The translations under genes were made by a program, and so were the position numbers. From the IMG/VR virus record IMGVR_UViG_3300025929_000001, positions 31,418 through 95,417 of that record: 64,000 bases of DNA. One strand, 5' to 3'. Source of the DNA: a virus. Under the pieces are notes generated by a model, which saw nothing but the letters and a program-made list of their open reading frames with translations, ran no database searches and was not told the DNA's origin. Positions 21,038 through 30,525 of this stretch are shown here, in pieces (position 1 is the stretch's first letter; each line of letters begins with the position of its first letter).

Positions 21038-21456
21038 TGTTTGGTTATGACCTCGACGAGCTAGAAAAGCTATCCAACTGTCTGTTCTTTGCGGTTGCGC
21101 TTTTCTGCCGTCGACTCGTCAAGGGGGAGCGCGGTTATTTCACGATGCGCAAATCGGACTACGGTCGCTTCCCTCACTTCCTCTATGTGCGCGTAGACCC
21201 GCTTGGCAAAGAACGCTTTGTGTCTTTCGTGCCCAACGAACCTATTCCACGAGACTTCCCGCCACCCTTCTTTAAGGGTCATGTACAGTGGGGAGATCCT
21301 AAGCCGACTAAAGGGTGTCAAAGAAATGAGCTACATGACTGTTTGGCTGATTGTATGGAACATGTGGTGGATTCAAATGCACCCTGCAAGCACTACCAGC
21401 AAACACCCTGCCGCAAACGGCAAGCACCCGGCAAGCGCATAAAAATAACCCGCTAG
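21037..21456 (+). CDS. Hypothetical protein
   Basis: TGATG coupling; last + strand gene before the terminator. Confidence 0.55.
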   Translation: MFGYDLDELEKLSNCLFFAVALFCRRLVKGERGYFTMRKSDYGRFPHFLYVRVDPLGKERFVSFVPNEPIPRDFPPPFFKGHVQWGDPKPTKGCQRNELHDCLADCMEHVVDSNAPCKHYQQTPCRKRQAPGKRIKITR

Positions 21457-21480
21457 TACCTACCTAGCGGGTTTTATTTT
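21441..21480. terminator. Bidirectional intrinsic terminator between the convergent late and replication modules
   Basis: AAAAAT-AACCCGCTAG-tacctac-CTAGCGGGTT-TTATTTT. Confidence 0.85.
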
Positions 21481-21501
21481 AAACAGCTTAAAACGCTTGT
21501 A

Positions 21502-22107
21502 TTAGCTTTGCGTCATCATGTAAGACGTCCAAGGGTGCATTTCATCTGTGCGGTATTCGAAGTCCTCCAAGACCAGCAGCATTTCCCGGAACAGTACCAG
21601 CGCGCCTTCGAACTGGACTAATAGCCCGTTCTCTTGTTGAATCAAGTTATCCAGGATTGCGGTCATTGGGTTGTCGTCTGTTTTAGACGACATGCGGTTG
21701 CGCACATTGGTGATGCGCTCGATCTTAGCGGTGCTAGTAGACTCGCGCGCTTCGAACTGTTTAACCTGCTGTTCCGTCATCTGACGCATGTGCGACAGAA
21801 TGCTAGTGTGGTTAAAGTCAATACGCGGGTCGTTCATAAGCGCATTCAACATCGCTGCAAACTCCTGCATTACCCGGTCACGCAGTGGAGGTTGGTTCTT
21901 TCCAACTTGCCCGGTGCGGTCGTATTCTTCACGCCGCAGCACGTCACCTAAGATGTCGTAAGCTTCTTGCACGCGCTTGAATATAGTACCATCGTCATTA
22001 CCTTTATCCGGATGCCACATCTGCGCAAGGCTGCGGTAAGCCCTTTTAATTTCATCTGCGGTAGAGTCTTTCGCAACTCCGAGGACTTCATACAGGTTCT
22101 TGTTCAT
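21502..22107 (-). CDS. J-domain (DnaJ-like) protein
   Basis: NLYEVLGV...EIKRAYRSLA..WHPDK...F..VQEAYDIL.D..RR..YD; start re-placed at MNKNLY (22107) after AGGAG. Confidence 0.88.
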   Translation of the reverse strand: MNKNLYEVLGVAKDSTADEIKRAYRSLAQMWHPDKGNDDGTIFKRVQEAYDILGDVLRREEYDRTGQVGKNQPPLRDRVMQEFAAMLNALMNDPRIDFNHTSILSHMRQMTEQQVKQFEARESTSTAKIERITNVRNRMSSKTDDNPMTAILDNLIQQENGLLVQFEGALVLFREMLLVLEDFEYRTDEMHPWTSYMMTQS

Positions 22108-24295
22108 CTTGTGACTCCTTAGGTGTATGGCCAATATTAGCCAAGATGTTATACGTTTCCGTGATGTACCATTGATAATCAATATCCGTCGGGAACTCAT
22201 CGGGCAAGTCCATCAACGGTTGTGCCCCTTCACTACGAGGCACTTTATTTCCAGTCTTTGCTGCAATAATCTCACCTTCCGCATTCGTGCCGTAATACCA
22301 ACGAATGATAGTTCCAAGGTACTGACCCTTACCGGCGCTCTGACACGCAACCGCATAAGCATCGCGCAAGCTGCGAGCTTCCCATTCTGCTTCACCGGGG
22401 AAGCGCCACAACAGTTCGTCTTGCGGGAAAGCGCCTTTAGCTTTAACCGCTTCGATCATTTGCGACTCGGTAGCGTTAGGGTTGAAACTGTCTTTCGCAA
22501 GCTTGACCGCGCCACCGTTTACCCGACGCATTGTGGTGAACTGCGTTATGTCGCGCACTTGCGGAATAAAGTCTTCCGGCTTGGTACCATGCTCGATGTA
22601 AGCCTTCAGCGCTTCAATGCAAACTTCGTTCACCGCATTTTTCTTAGGCGCTGTCTCTGCGTACAGACCCTTCGTTTTAAACAATTTGCCCTTTTGCGGA
22701 GTCTCATAGACGGCGATATAATTGTTAATATCTTTGGAGTAAGTAGCGCGGTACCGTGTTTCTTCAGTACCAAGGCCAGTTTCCTGCTCCCATTGGGTGA
22801 CGATCTGATGGAAAATATGCTCCAAACTCCGTTTGCACTTAACCACGATACCGTCGGTGTTGACCGATGTAACTTCGATGCCTGCAAGTTCAAACCTTTC
22901 TGCCAGCATTAAAATAGACAGCTGGCCTGTCAGTGTAACCTGGATCAGCAGGTTAGGTGCATACAGGATAGACCATTTACTTCCAAGCTTACCGAACGAT
23001 CCGTTAACCACAATCTTAAGCACTTCGGCCATAATCTTGTCGTCATTCTTCTTAGCTGCAACACGCTCTTGCAGGATGTTGTAATACACTTGCAAAAATG
23101 CCGAACCTAAGTTCTCCGGTACCAGGCCAGCGTTCACAATCAGGTACGGGTAGTAGGACGTAACGTCAGTATCGACAACCACATACTCGTCGTCTGAAAC
23201 GTGTGCAATGCTCTTTTCTTTACTGTGCAATCCACCGATACCCATTTGGTAAGTGCTCTTGTTCATGGTAATAGCCATGTTCGCGAGCTCGGGTGGAATA
23301 ATAACTGCGCCGTCCATGTCGTCAACAAAGAACGTTGCATTGCGTACCGTGTCCAGCACCCAATTCATTAGCGGTGTGGAGTACTTAATGTACGCTGGAA
23401 CCTGATACTTAAAGTTGGTACCGTTCGGAAGCTCTAAACGTTTGAGATGCTTCCTGCCGCTAATGCGCCGGACTTCGCTTGCAATGATCGCTTCCGCCAT
23501 TTGCGCATCGGAGTGGCTGCGCAAGTCCAAACCGTACTTATCACCCTGCGATGCGCGAATGTCAATAAGCTTTTTGACGTTGCGGTATAGCAGTCCGGTA
23601 TTGTCCAAGTCGTTAATACAATAACGACGCGTAATTGCAATCTGATTCTCAGTAAGGAACGAACCGGGTTTGAATGGTAAGTCCTGCATGCGCTTTGCGT
23701 GCAGACGTCCAGCAACCACTTTCAAGCCGGGCCCGAGCGCGGTAAGCTCAATAAGGTCGACTTGGTTGATCTGTAACGGCTTGGTCTTATATTTCTTGTA
23801 GACTTCTTGCGCTTGCAGTTGAAATTCAATGATCATCTGCGTAGCGTCCCACAAATCTTCTGTACCGTAACCAGCCAGAGCTAGTGTGGTAACTGGAAAG
23901 TCATACTTGCGGCCGTTAAAGTTAATGATGCAGAAGTGGTGCAGAATCCAATTCAGCTTTGCAATCTCTTCATCCCAAAGGCGGTCATGGAAATCGTTGT
24001 CGAATTCAAGGTAAACGACCTTACCCGTATCTACACCCTTAAAAGCAAACAAGCAGTAGTTCGGGTAGCACTCTATATCGAATAACAACGGTTCAAAATT
24101 GTGCGCAGCTTGAACCAATTCCTCATCTGTATAAAGGTCAGGCTTAAAATTTATAGCCTCCTCCAAACCAGGCAAATAATCAGGCTCTAGCCAAAACGGT
24201 TCAGGTGGCAGCCGCTTGACCTTTTCCTTCTTTTCTTTTTTAATCTTGGACAGATCTTCCCAGAACAATCCAATGCTGTCGACACGCTTACCCAT
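22088..24295 (-). CDS. Family B DNA polymerase with 3'-5' exonuclease
   Basis: ExoI FDIECYPN, ExoII NFNGRKYD and ExoIII YCINDL; pol motifs A DTDVTSYYP, B KIVVNGSFGK and C NTDGI. Confidence 0.92.
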   Translation of the reverse strand: MGKRVDSIGLFWEDLSKIKKEKKEKVKRLPPEPFWLEPDYLPGLEEAINFKPDLYTDEELVQAAHNFEPLLFDIECYPNYCLFAFKGVDTGKVVYLEFDNDFHDRLWDEEIAKLNWILHHFCIINFNGRKYDFPVTTLALAGYGTEDLWDATQMIIEFQLQAQEVYKKYKTKPLQINQVDLIELTALGPGLKVVAGRLHAKRMQDLPFKPGSFLTENQIAITRRYCINDLDNTGLLYRNVKKLIDIRASQGDKYGLDLRSHSDAQMAEAIIASEVRRISGRKHLKRLELPNGTNFKYQVPAYIKYSTPLMNWVLDTVRNATFFVDDMDGAVIIPPELANMAITMNKSTYQMGIGGLHSKEKSIAHVSDDEYVVVDTDVTSYYPYLIVNAGLVPENLGSAFLQVYYNILQERVAAKKNDDKIMAEVLKIVVNGSFGKLGSKWSILYAPNLLIQVTLTGQLSILMLAERFELAGIEVTSVNTDGIVVKCKRSLEHIFHQIVTQWEQETGLGTEETRYRATYSKDINNYIAVYETPQKGKLFKTKGLYAETAPKKNAVNEVCIEALKAYIEHGTKPEDFIPQVRDITQFTTMRRVNGGAVKLAKDSFNPNATESQMIEAVKAKGAFPQDELLWRFPGEAEWEARSLRDAYAVACQSAGKGQYLGTIIRWYYGTNAEGEIIAAKTGNKVPRSEGAQPLMDLPDEFPTDIDYQWYITETYNILANIGHTPKESQDEQEPV

Positions 24296-24311
24296 GGATT
24301 AGTTCCTGATA

Positions 24312-24608
24312 TTATTCTGCGGTTACTTCACGCGAGAATGGCGCAAGTACCAAATTAGTCGCTTTTACAAGCTCGGTCATTGTCTCGTAACTGTCTACGG
24401 TCATAGCGGCATAGAATGTGCCGTCAGCTCTGTAGTGATAACCATACGCAGTCCAACGATAACAATCAATTAATCGGTTGGTACGGTATGCACCCGTAGC
24501 CGGATAGATGTGTTCGGGCAACCAAGTTAATTTTACTCCCGCAGCGTTAAGCGGAAAGCTCTTTTGCAGAAGCTTAGCGAGCCTTTGTCTGGTGCGCCCG
24601 ATTGTCAT
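24312..24608 (-). CDS. Hypothetical protein
   Basis: Coupled ORF in the - strand operon. Confidence 0.55.
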   Translation of the reverse strand: MTIGRTRQRLAKLLQKSFPLNAAGVKLTWLPEHIYPATGAYRTNRLIDCYRWTAYGYHYRADGTFYAAMTVDSYETMTELVKATNLVLAPFSREVTAE

Positions 24609-24988
24609 TTCTTCAACTCCGGTAGGTGCAAGTATTTGACCGGGTACACGTCAATGCCGCGTGCTCGCGCTTGGTCGCACATGTTTCTAGTCCCGCTACC
24701 GCCTGGGAATGCAATAATCAGGTCGGGTAAACCCCAATCAAGCATCCACATATTGCGAACAGGTCCAGCGTTGTTGCCGTAGTACTGCCAGTTAGCTGGC
24801 ATCTTGATGATGGGCACACCACGTTCCGCAGCCCAAGCTATGGCCATGCGGTCTGCACCTTTTGCATCACCGCTAATAACGCAGAACTGGTTGGAGAAGT
24901 AGGGCTCGCACTGAGACATTGTGTGGTTAAACAATTCCAGATGTGCGAAGTCCCTACCGCCGCAGACAAGTATTCGTTTTTTATTCAT
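24605..24988 (-). CDS. YspA-like SLOG family protein (DUF2493-like)
   Basis: ILVCGGRDF, ISGDAKGAD, AGPVRN..M and AFPGGSGT.NM motifs. Confidence 0.88.
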   Translation of the reverse strand: MNKKRILVCGGRDFAHLELFNHTMSQCEPYFSNQFCVISGDAKGADRMAIAWAAERGVPIIKMPANWQYYGNNAGPVRNMWMLDWGLPDLIIAFPGGSGTRNMCDQARARGIDVYPVKYLHLPELKK

Positions 24989-25167
24989 CAGTCTTGGTAG
25001 CACGTTTGAGGCGCACGCGCCAGATCGAAGGCGGCTCGCGTGTAGCCGACGATGTCGAACTCAATATGCTTATTTTCTGCATCCTTGTCAGCAGGTACAA
25101 ACTTGACAAATTGCATTTTAAGCGTCGTGATTTCATCCAGGGTTAGGTCGCGTACCATCTTCATCAT
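24988..25167 (-). CDS. Hypothetical protein
   Basis: GGGAG RBS; TGATG-coupled to the SLOG gene. Confidence 0.5.
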   Translation of the reverse strand: MMKMVRDLTLDEITTLKMQFVKFVPADKDAENKHIEFDIVGYTRAAFDLARAPQTCYQD

Positions 25168-25322
25168 AAGACTCCCAATTGAGTGGACCAAAGCCGTTAG
25201 TCCCTACATAGCGGCCACGTTGCCCATTATAACTGAACTCTAGGGTTGATGCGCTAGCTAAATATAGGGTCTGATCGTGCATCGGACCCCCATTACAGGT
25301 GAAAGATCGTTTAGCTTGTGTC

Positions 25323-25523
25323 TTAGACCTTGCCATGGAATATAGTCTCCGCATTAGACCGCTTACCAGCATTGAAGCCTTTCTCGTAAGCACAAGTGTA
25401 GACTGCCGACATGAGCGCAATGATTAGCACAATGATGACTGCTAAAGGAAAGAATGGGAAGATTGGAGCGTCTATGTCGCCTGTGACGTCCTGGGCGTAA
25501 GGTCTGTCAATATACTTAGTCAT
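25323..25523 (-). CDS. Small single-TM protein
   Basis: Hydrophobic helix; ATGA overlap with the clamp gene. Confidence 0.5.
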   Translation of the reverse strand: MTKYIDRPYAQDVTGDIDAPIFPFFPLAVIIVLIIALMSAVYTCAYEKGFNAGKRSNAETIFHGKV

Positions 25524-26479
25524 CGTTTCATTCCGATAATGGCACCGCGTAACCTTGCGCTTTGAAACTGGCAAGGGCCTGGGTACTTAGACCAGTCGAT
25601 AGTTTGCACTGTGTCCTTGAGCAGCTCGAGCATCTTGACGTTGTAGCAGCCGGTGTACGGCATATCAAGGTCGAAGCTAGCGCCTTCGTTTTCTTCCTTA
25701 TGTGTGGCCATACGACCGTCAATAAAGAACACCGACCCCATTTGGTCGACAAAAGGTTTGATAACTTCGATACCCGCAAATATAGCAGGGTTGATAGGCT
25801 TTTGCTCGGACGGTTGGTCAAGGATGCGGCTAATGTCCGGCCAGCTTGACGCGTCAAACAGTTGTGTGCGCAGCCAGCGATCTTCGCTGTAGTGAAAGGT
25901 AACGCTATGCTCAGTCACTTGCGCAAAGATAGGCGGTTCATTGATGCGCAACATTTCCTTTACAGCTTCACGCGGGATGTTGACCACACATGGGAAGCTG
26001 AAGCCAACCCAATACTGGACGAGCGTGACGTTGTTAGTCGCGAGCAAGCAGTCCTTTTCGAACAGTACACCGTTGGCCCAACGTCGCGATGCGTCGTCAC
26101 CAATGAACGGCGCGACTTCCTTTAACCCTGTGAGCAGTGCTGCGCCGTCAAAGTGCACAATCTCGCCTTCCGGGGTAGCGTGCGGGGTTTCTTCTTGTAC
26201 GCAATCGACGAAGGCTTTGAATGCACCCGACTTAACGCTGAGTCTCCCTGCCGGGGTAAGTGCAAGCTGGACGGTATCGTCGCAGTTGCTAATCGCTTTG
26301 ATAAGTGTGTCAGCGCGGGGTTTGCAGCTGATGTTAAAAGGGATCGGACTGGACAGTGCGAGCGTGCCGTTGAAGCCGCGCACATGTCCATTCTCGATAA
26401 CAAAGTGCTTGAGGCTCGGTACAAAGTCTTTCTTTGCAATGGAACCCTGGCAAAACTTCAATGCGTTAATTATGGACAT
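25520..26479 (-). CDS. DNA polymerase sliding clamp (beta-clamp-like)
   Basis: 319 aa with a three-domain clamp pattern (FIGDDASRRWANGVLF..LLATN, WPDI.RIL, GAIIGM); lies next to polB. Confidence 0.8.
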   Translation of the reverse strand: MSIINALKFCQGSIAKKDFVPSLKHFVIENGHVRGFNGTLALSSPIPFNISCKPRADTLIKAISNCDDTVQLALTPAGRLSVKSGAFKAFVDCVQEETPHATPEGEIVHFDGAALLTGLKEVAPFIGDDASRRWANGVLFEKDCLLATNNVTLVQYWVGFSFPCVVNIPREAVKEMLRINEPPIFAQVTEHSVTFHYSEDRWLRTQLFDASSWPDISRILDQPSEQKPINPAIFAGIEVIKPFVDQMGSVFFIDGRMATHKEENEGASFDLDMPYTGCYNVKMLELLKDTVQTIDWSKYPGPCQFQSARLRGAIIGMKR

Positions 26480-26756
26480 GTATGCTCCCGTAATCCATCA
26501 TATTGATTAATTTGTCGTCAACTTCGCCACGGCTTTTGAGTTGCAAGGTTTCGGAGTCGCCATGGCAACCTTCTTCTATAGCGGTCGATGAAATAAAGCC
26601 CGCGCTAACCGGACGCACTAATGCGCCTCGGTATTGCTGACGCAGTGCACGATCAAAGCCAAACGCCATGGTTGAATGTACGCACACTTCAGGGAACACG
26701 AAGGGGAGTTCTATATTTAACTCGCCTAGTCTAACTGACATAACAACGTATTTCAT
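26466..26756 (-). CDS. Hypothetical protein
   Basis: GAGGAG RBS; MKYVVM...PFVFP...VSAGF...GDSETL. Confidence 0.65.
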   Translation of the reverse strand: MKYVVMSVRLGELNIELPFVFPEVCVHSTMAFGFDRALRQQYRGALVRPVSAGFISSTAIEEGCHGDSETLQLKSRGEVDDKLINMMDYGSIHVHN

Positions 26757-26773
26757 CTTGACTCCTCGCGGTA

Positions 26774-26989
26774 TTATTTTATCGTTAGGATGACAGGTGG
26801 TTGGACTGAGTTCCATACCGGGTAAAACACTTCTTCGCCTTCTTTAAGATCAGGCTCTGCGCGATTGTGTCGGTAGGCTTCTCGTGAGCTTATGCGAGCT
26901 ATTTCAATGTAATAGAACGCCATCTGATATTTGCGTTGCTCGAGATTACCGTCCACCAGAACATCCATTGTGCCATCAGCGTGTATCAT
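26774..26989 (-). CDS. Hypothetical protein
   Basis: TAATG-coupled ORF. Confidence 0.5.
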   Translation of the reverse strand: MIHADGTMDVLVDGNLEQRKYQMAFYYIEIARISSREAYRHNRAEPDLKEGEEVFYPVWNSVQPPVILTIK

Positions 26990-27219
26990 TAATCCCTCAT
27001 CAGTTTAAAAGGTACACCAAAGATTGTTTCTTCACCTCTAGCGTTTATGCTAAAGGCAATGCGTGCGTCTTTCTCGCACTTGATATTGTAATAGTCCTGC
27101 GGGCTAGCAACGAACGCATCTATCACATTACCTTCAGCGACAGATTTGTAGTACGCAAGACGCATACCCATGAGGGAAGTCGCTTGCACAAGGTTCTGTT
27201 GAACGGTCGCGTTTGTCAT
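26989..27219 (-). CDS. Hypothetical protein
   Basis: ORF with an AGGGA RBS. Confidence 0.55.
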   Translation of the reverse strand: MTNATVQQNLVQATSLMGMRLAYYKSVAEGNVIDAFVASPQDYYNIKCEKDARIAFSINARGEETIFGVPFKLMRD

Positions 27220-27313
27220 TTTTAGTATTCCCTGTAAAAGTTGAATTAGCTGCTGTAAAGCAAAACATTATACAGGGAAACATTTTAATCGCTCGCGAAT
27301 TTTGAGTGTCTTT

Positions 27314-28243
27314 TTAAAAAAGTTGTTGGGACATTGCACACGGATACTGATAGTTATTGCGTCTAGCATCCTCGTTTACAAGGTCGTTGAGCTCCATGTA
27401 ACCTAGCATGTTGTAGATTGCGCGGCTCTCGTAAATCGAGCTAAGCCGATCATAATTAAAACCCTTACGATCCAACATGTTAGCGAGCTGTTGCTGCTCT
27501 AACTCTGTAAGTGTGGTAAAATGACGCCCGTTCTCATGCTTGCTTGGACTGTCCTTGGAAACCGCGATTGGGCCGTGTTCACTGGTAAAGATGCTTCCAA
27601 ACGCAGCAGCCTGAATCCAGGAGGACGAGTCACAAGAATGCCAAGGGTAGCGCATCATCAGGTTGGGCGACGTCATACCAAACCCATGCACTTTGAGCTT
27701 CGCACGACCCGACCCGTCCATCATGCGTTCCCACACGCGGTCTAACCACACTTCTTGGTCTTTAGCCGACTTACCGACCAGACCTCCAATCGTGATGTAC
27801 GAGTAGCGCTCCACATACCAGTCAAGATAACGTATGTCCTCACCGTAGTGGAAGCAGGGTAGCGGTTTAGCATCCTGCCGTTCCATCTCGAGTTGGTTTT
27901 GCCAGGTCTTTAGCGGATCACCAATGCCGTCAAGTACGGAAGCCATGACAGCACCATCTTCAACGCGTAGGATGTCCCGGTTGCGACGGATGTAATCACA
28001 ATAATCATCAATGCTAATATGCACGCCAAGGCTGTGAGCCGAGAAAGCACCTGAGTCCAGGAACACCTTGTGGCCTTGTTGTCTGATGACATCGACGAAG
28101 CGCTGTCCAGATATGTAATGATAGGATTCCAAAATGTGGGGTACACAACCGACGATTTCTTTTTCGATGTCTGTGAGTTTTTCATAACGTGCCTGTGTCT
28201 CTCGATAGTTATTTGTGAAAACTGCCGCAAGGAACAAATTCAT
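27314..28243 (-). CDS. dpdA: DNA 7-deazaguanine transglycosylase (DpdA, TGT-fold)
   Basis: ILESYHY, FLDSGAFSA, LDGIGD, PCFHYGE, IGGLV, KVHGFG and SCDSSSW motifs; close to folE/queD/queC/queE. Confidence 0.88.
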   Translation of the reverse strand: MNLFLAAVFTNNYRETQARYEKLTDIEKEIVGCVPHILESYHYISGQRFVDVIRQQGHKVFLDSGAFSAHSLGVHISIDDYCDYIRRNRDILRVEDGAVMASVLDGIGDPLKTWQNQLEMERQDAKPLPCFHYGEDIRYLDWYVERYSYITIGGLVGKSAKDQEVWLDRVWERMMDGSGRAKLKVHGFGMTSPNLMMRYPWHSCDSSSWIQAAAFGSIFTSEHGPIAVSKDSPSKHENGRHFTTLTELEQQQLANMLDRKGFNYDRLSSIYESRAIYNMLGYMELNDLVNEDARRNNYQYPCAMSQQLF

Positions 28244-28743
28244 TTGTTTAAATCCTCCAAACTAATACGGTTGCGCTTAGCCTTATTCTCTGATTCGGTA
28301 AGATATTGCAAATTGCCAAGTACATGTAAACCCGACACTAATTCACCTTGCAGCGGAATAATGTGGTCAACGTGCAGACCTTCAGGACAATTAGCATAAA
28401 ACGCTTCTATTAAATCAAGCTCTGCCCAAAATGGTACGCGCATTAAACGTCTGGCCCTTATCAAGCTTTGACTAGCCCGAATCTTTACCGCATTTCGTGC
28501 ATAGTAATTGCGTTGCAGCTCTCGTGATCGTTCACGATTTGCCTGACGCCATTCTACGGTTTCTTGGTTCTTTTTCTTTGCATGCTTAGCATAGGACTTC
28601 TGCGTATGCTCTCGCTGACAGGTTGCGCAACCTCCCGTCACATAGCGAATATCGATGTGCCCAAACTTGCAGGGTTTGCCCGTGAAGTAATGTTTTAATC
28701 CGCGGGCTTTTGCTTCCTTGCAACTTATGATTTCCACAATCAA
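28240..28743 (-). CDS. Free-standing HNH homing endonuclease
   Basis: N-terminal YFTGKPCK.GH...C..C; C-terminal HVDHIIPL.G..VSGLHV..NLQ.L...EN..K.N. Confidence 0.88.
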   Translation of the reverse strand: MIVEIISCKEAKARGLKHYFTGKPCKFGHIDIRYVTGGCATCQREHTQKSYAKHAKKKNQETVEWRQANRERSRELQRNYYARNAVKIRASQSLIRARRLMRVPFWAELDLIEAFYANCPEGLHVDHIIPLQGELVSGLHVLGNLQYLTESENKAKRNRISLEDLNK

Positions 28744-28970
28744 TCCACCTTAATACCGAACGCTTCCAGTTTTTCTTCCAGCGCATCGAGTTCTTGTAAG
28801 AGTTCGCGCAACACATGCGGACGAATTTTATCGACAAAGTCGTCGTTTTGATACCGACCGCCAAAAGTGACGCCCAACGCGACACCACTTTGGATTTCTC
28901 GGTAGACTTTCCGCTTGTCCACGTACAGTTGTGATATAGCGTTTGCTTCTTGCATATCGCTAAGTTTCAT
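28740..28970 (-). CDS. Hypothetical protein
   Basis: AGGAG RBS. Confidence 0.6.
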   Translation of the reverse strand: MKLSDMQEANAISQLYVDKRKVYREIQSGVALGVTFGGRYQNDDFVDKIRPHVLRELLQELDALEEKLEAFGIKVD

Positions 28971-29083
28971 TGTGGTAAAGCTCCTATAATAGCGCTGCCG
29001 TACGTTTAAACAGCGGGCAACGCGTTAAAAAAGCGGGTACACCCCAAAGCATACCCGCTTGATTTAAAACGCTTAAAACGCGT

Positions 29084-29482
29084 TTAAACCTTTGGGTCTT
29101 CCGCTGGAAATTCGGACGACACTGCCTGGTCTGCGACCTTGGCGTCAACAAACTTGCCCGTACTGTTCACGGTCTTTGGCGACAACTTGCCAGCGGCAAT
29201 CTCAGCGGCCGAAACTGCACCAGACAGGTCGTACTTGGAAGCTTGCTCTTTCTGGTAAGGCATCCAGCAAGCATACGCGCCGTTCGGCGGAGTTTCGTCG
29301 CCTTGCACCAGATACAGATCACGCAGTGCGAACGGGGTGCCGGTGTAGTCGAAACCACCGACGTTGATCTTGTTGTCAGCATGCACATAGCAGACCAGCG
29401 CGGGTTCCGGCTCGGTACCGGGTTCGTTGCGAAAGACCAGTACGACGCGGCCGACGGTAGGTTTGATGATAGGTGTGGTCAT
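29084..29482 (-). CDS. Conserved phage hypothetical protein (KPTVGRVV...WMPYQ)
   Basis: GAGG RBS; ATGA overlap. Confidence 0.65.
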   Translation of the reverse strand: MTTPIIKPTVGRVVLVFRNEPGTEPEPALVCYVHADNKINVGGFDYTGTPFALRDLYLVQGDETPPNGAYACWMPYQKEQASKYDLSGAVSAAEIAAGKLSPKTVNSTGKFVDAKVADQAVSSEFPAEDPKV

Positions 29483-29883
29483 TGTGTTACCTCTGTGAAG
29501 TTAAAGTTAGGAAGGCGCTCTTTCACCTTGGACATCATTTCGGCAAAGAGCGCAGCGTCCATTGTCTCAGCACGAATGGCTTCTGTCAAGGCTGCGGATG
29601 ACAAGTAGCCAAGTTGGACAGCGCGGAGCAATGCAACCATAGATGGAAGATCACGCCGGCAAATATCATTGTAAAGCAGATAGATGTTGCTGTCATAAAT
29701 ACTAAGCGTATCCAAGAACAGCACACAACCCAGGCCGCCCATAATGTCATCGGGGTCAATAGCAGCGGCTTCTTTCTGAAGGCGTACTACTGCTTCCATG
29801 GCGCCTGGATTGCCACCCGACATCTTTATCACGACGTCAAGAATGGTGTCTGTCAATTGAATACGCGAGTCTTTCTTCAACAT
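29479..29883 (-). CDS. Hypothetical protein (MSGGNPGA motif)
   Basis: AGGAG RBS. Confidence 0.65.
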   Translation of the reverse strand: MLKKDSRIQLTDTILDVVIKMSGGNPGAMEAVVRLQKEAAAIDPDDIMGGLGCVLFLDTLSIYDSNIYLLYNDICRRDLPSMVALLRAVQLGYLSSAALTEAIRAETMDAALFAEMMSKVKERLPNFNFTEVTQ

Positions 29884-29898
29884 GGTACTGCTCCTAAG

Positions 29899-30522
29899 TT
29901 ACATTGCGATTTTGAGGAACTCTGCACGAGTCTCGGCCTGGTCTTTCATCACACCGCGCAGAGCGGAAGTAACAGTGTGATGTCCCTGCTGGCAAATGCC
30001 GCGTGACTCCATGCACATGTGCCTAGCTTTTATGACAACACCGACGCCCTTTGGCTGCAAGTGCAATTGCAGCGCGTCTGCGATCTGGCAAGTAAGACGT
30101 TCTTGCACTTGGAGGCGACGTGCAAAAGCGTCAGCAAGGCGAGACAGTTTGCTAAGACCAACAATATTACCATCAGGGATATAAGCAATAGTAGCGGTGC
30201 CAAAAATATCAGCAAGATGATGCTCACACTTCGAGTAAATCGGGATGTCTTTAACGACGACCATTTCATCATAACCCTCCGAGCCGTCTTTGAACACCTT
30301 GAGGAGTTTAGCGATGTCGACGGAATACCCGCTAGTCCAGTGCTTCCAAGCTTTGACCACACGCGCTGGCGTTTCTGCCAAACCTTCGCGGTCTGCATTC
30401 TCACCTTGCACGACGCCGCCAAGCAGGTCGTAAATAATCCCTTCCTTGCTCTTTTGGGCAAGGTAGTCCATCTCGCGTTCTTCCTCGATCGCGGTCAGTT
30501 GTGCGTTGATATTGTTATCCAT
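29899..30522 (-). CDS. folE: GTP cyclohydrolase I
   Basis: REGL.ETP.RV, S.CEHH, GLSKL.R, RRLQVQERLT and H.CM..RG motifs. Confidence 0.96.
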   Translation of the reverse strand: MDNNINAQLTAIEEEREMDYLAQKSKEGIIYDLLGGVVQGENADREGLAETPARVVKAWKHWTSGYSVDIAKLLKVFKDGSEGYDEMVVVKDIPIYSKCEHHLADIFGTATIAYIPDGNIVGLSKLSRLADAFARRLQVQERLTCQIADALQLHLQPKGVGVVIKARHMCMESRGICQQGHHTVTSALRGVMKDQAETRAEFLKIAM

Positions 30523-30525
30523 GTC

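Noticed and set aside
26975-27003. CUGAUGAGGGAUUAAUGAU on the - strand, similar to the start of hammerhead HH-C
   Set aside because: No GAAA, stem III or cleavage triplet follows. It is a gene junction (…LMRD stop/start) and probably coincidental.
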